NCBI RefSeq assembly: GCF_009914755.1
Contig: NC_060927.1
Length of the DNA stretch: 64,000 bases
Direction: 5' to 3' (one strand)
Origin: the human T2T-CHM13v2.0 reference genome, Homo sapiens
Shown: piece by piece, positions 60,890-64,000 of the stretch
Numbering within the stretch: position 1 is the stretch's first letter
How the letters are laid out: every line of letters begins with the position of its first letter
Made by a program: the position numbers and the translations under genes
The notes under the pieces: model-generated
Seen by the model: only the letters and a program-made list of their open reading frames with translations
The model's database searches: none
What the model was told of the DNA's origin: nothing

Positions 60890-61430
60890 CTACAAAAAAA
60901 TATCAAATAAACTTCCACCAATAGCATCACATGTTGAAAACTAAAAGTTTGCACTCAAAGCTGGCAAAGAAGATATTTACAAAGAAGCATATATTATGTG
61001 ACAGTAATGATGAAGAGTTTTATTAAAAGGTTTATTATATTTAATTAAAGAAAATGTGCTTCTTTATCCTCTTCCCTTCTTTAAATAGAATAAAATGAAC
61101 TAAATGCTATATAAAATTAAGTAACTACATTTTTTGTAAAAAGAAAGTAGAGGGATATACATATACATATTATTTGAATATACACTGACCATCTCTAGAA
61201 AGATACACTGGTATCTGGAATGATAGTTGGCTATAAATAAGCAAACAGGCTAGCTGGAAGTTAGTCATGAGAGTTAGTACAATCTGCTGTTATCTTTGAA
61301 TTTCATAATATGTGACTATATCGCCAATTCAAAAATTAAGCTTGTTAAAATATAATTTAAAGTAAATGACTACAACTTTAAATGGTTTAACTTTGTAAAA
61401 CAAGTGATTAGCTTAAAAGTACACGCTTCT

Positions 61431-61729
<299 letters not shown>

Positions 61730-61853
61730 GTACATGCTTCTAAGCCTGCAATACTCTCCAAGAGCCAAAAGTATACTCCTGAAGATTCCTGAGTTAAGGG
61801 TGAAAGAATGTTAAGGTTTTAATAGGTCTGACAATACAATGAATCTGTCATTA

Positions 61854-62170
<317 letters not shown>

Positions 62171-62364
62171 TCAATTTTAGGAAGACGGCTCTAGAGAAAC
62201 TAAAACATCTGTATTAAGGTGGTAAATCTATCTTATTAAATAATAAAGTTTCCTTAAACATTTTTGTCATATTTGTATAACAGGCTTAAGTACATAACAG
62301 TTTAAATAGATTTTCAAAGATGAAACACATAGCTAACTCTAATTCTGTGGCATTCTGTGGATGA

Positions 62365-62705
<341 letters not shown>

Positions 62706-63238
62706 AAACAAAGAATTCTTGCTTATTTTATAAATTATTTTTACAACAATAAAACATCTCCCACTTAGACATTGAAGCCATATGTGAGTTACCAGACATA
62801 CAGGGAACATGAAGAATTCTCCCACATATCAAGTCTACCGATTATAGGCAATGCCACTCTCCAAACTGAATGTGGGAGTAGGAAGCAGAGAATAGCAATA
62901 GAATGCAGACACAGTTAACAGTTCTATTTAATCTACAACTGTCAAACAGTAATATTTAATATTAGCACAAGATATAATTATATTAATGGCAGATTTACCC
63001 TACTAATTATAATTTGCTAAAGCTCTTATTAAAATTAAAATCACTTATCTGAGCATGTATCAACTAACGGCAGAAAAGACTTAAAGGATAAGCCTTTACT
63101 GCAGATAATCTAAAACTGAGGTATTTTAAACGAAGCTATTCAAATTTGACTGTACTTTATTTGGAGGTTGCAATAAATGGAAAGGAAAAAAAACTCATGC
63201 ATTTCTGCCTGAAGACTCTACTAACCTAATGTCCTTAC

Positions 63239-63504
63239 CTCTTTAAGGTACCGAACCAGGCGACAGAGGGAGCTCACCAGCGACAAAGTGAAGCCTGTAA
63301 GACCCTGACTGCTCTGCAGACCCTTGACCTCGCGACCTGTCCACCGCTCATATTCTTCCATTTCATGTTCCACTTCATGTATCATGTGTTTGAGGACATC
63401 CAGGTTGGAATTAGTCCTATTTGGTAAGTCTGCAGAGGTTGTGCTACCTGATGATATGTTTTTCTTCGGCTTGGAAAGAGCATGCAAATTCGGTTTCCTT
63501 TTCA
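63239..63504 (-). CDS. SPICE1: SPICE1 coding exon
   Basis: ttatcag|TG acceptor and GAG|gtaagg donor. Translates [15 protein letters not shown]...[10 protein letters not shown] (ORF 63221..63505). Confidence 0.95.
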
Positions 63505-63861
63505 CTGATAATGAGAGAAGTCATTCTATTTTAAGACCAGGAAAAATTATGACTAGAAAACTACTAGAAAAATCTTTTGACTATTGTTCACAATTTATAA
63601 AAGGCTTGTATAGACGATATCACCATTTCTCTCATAAAAATTAAACAGTTTAAACCGGATTTACACTAGCTATAATGAATGCACTAGAACCACTGTTCCA
63701 GAGTTACATGTGGTAGGAGACATTTCTTAGCTACCATTCAATAAACTTTCAGTTGGAACCATGTGGATGAGATTAAGGGAGAAAAACATTGACTAAGAGA
63801 TTAAGACAGCTGTATCAAGTTACATGTTTAATATTCATCTTTGTAAATTAAGGGACTGAAC

Positions 63862-64000
63862 CTTTATTTAACAGCTGTTTTTGCTTCCTTGAGTTCAGCA
63901 CGTGTCCCACAACGTAGCTTGAGTCTAGAGTCTCAGTAGATTCTTCAGGCTGAAGCCTGGTTTGGAGTCTCTTGACAGCATTGGTAGCATTCAGAGCAGC
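63862..64000 (-). CDS. SPICE1: SPICE1 coding exon at window edge (acceptor not fully visible)
   Basis: Open frame [45 protein letters not shown] with AAG|gttcag donor, in phase with the next exon. Confidence 0.88.

Overview
Human (or very closely related great-ape) genomic DNA, recognisable as the SPICE1-CFAP44 locus (chr3q13). Both genes are on the minus strand in tandem. The right half holds the last ten coding exons of SPICE1 and its long 3' UTR, ending near 37.9 kb. About 1.2 kb further on is a CpG-rich CFAP44 (WDR52) promoter with an RFX X-box and an NRF1 site, then a likely non-coding first exon and the first seven coding exons. All exon phases join in frame. Introns are dense in Alu, L1, L2, MIR, MER/hAT, THE1, MER41 and other LTRs, plus one old SVA. 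I found no wholly new gene system. The best leads are a CFAP44 intron with minor-spliceosome (U12-type) signatures, a candidate 32-nt 5'UTR microexon that would create an overlapping uORF, a 67-bp templated copy 2.2 kb from its donor, a perfect 4x17-bp repeat of p53-family half-sites, antisense-oriented LTRs with plus-strand splice signals, and a twin-primed L1 inside MER41. Repeat subfamily names come from memory of consensus sequences, and repeat edges without a TSD are approximate.
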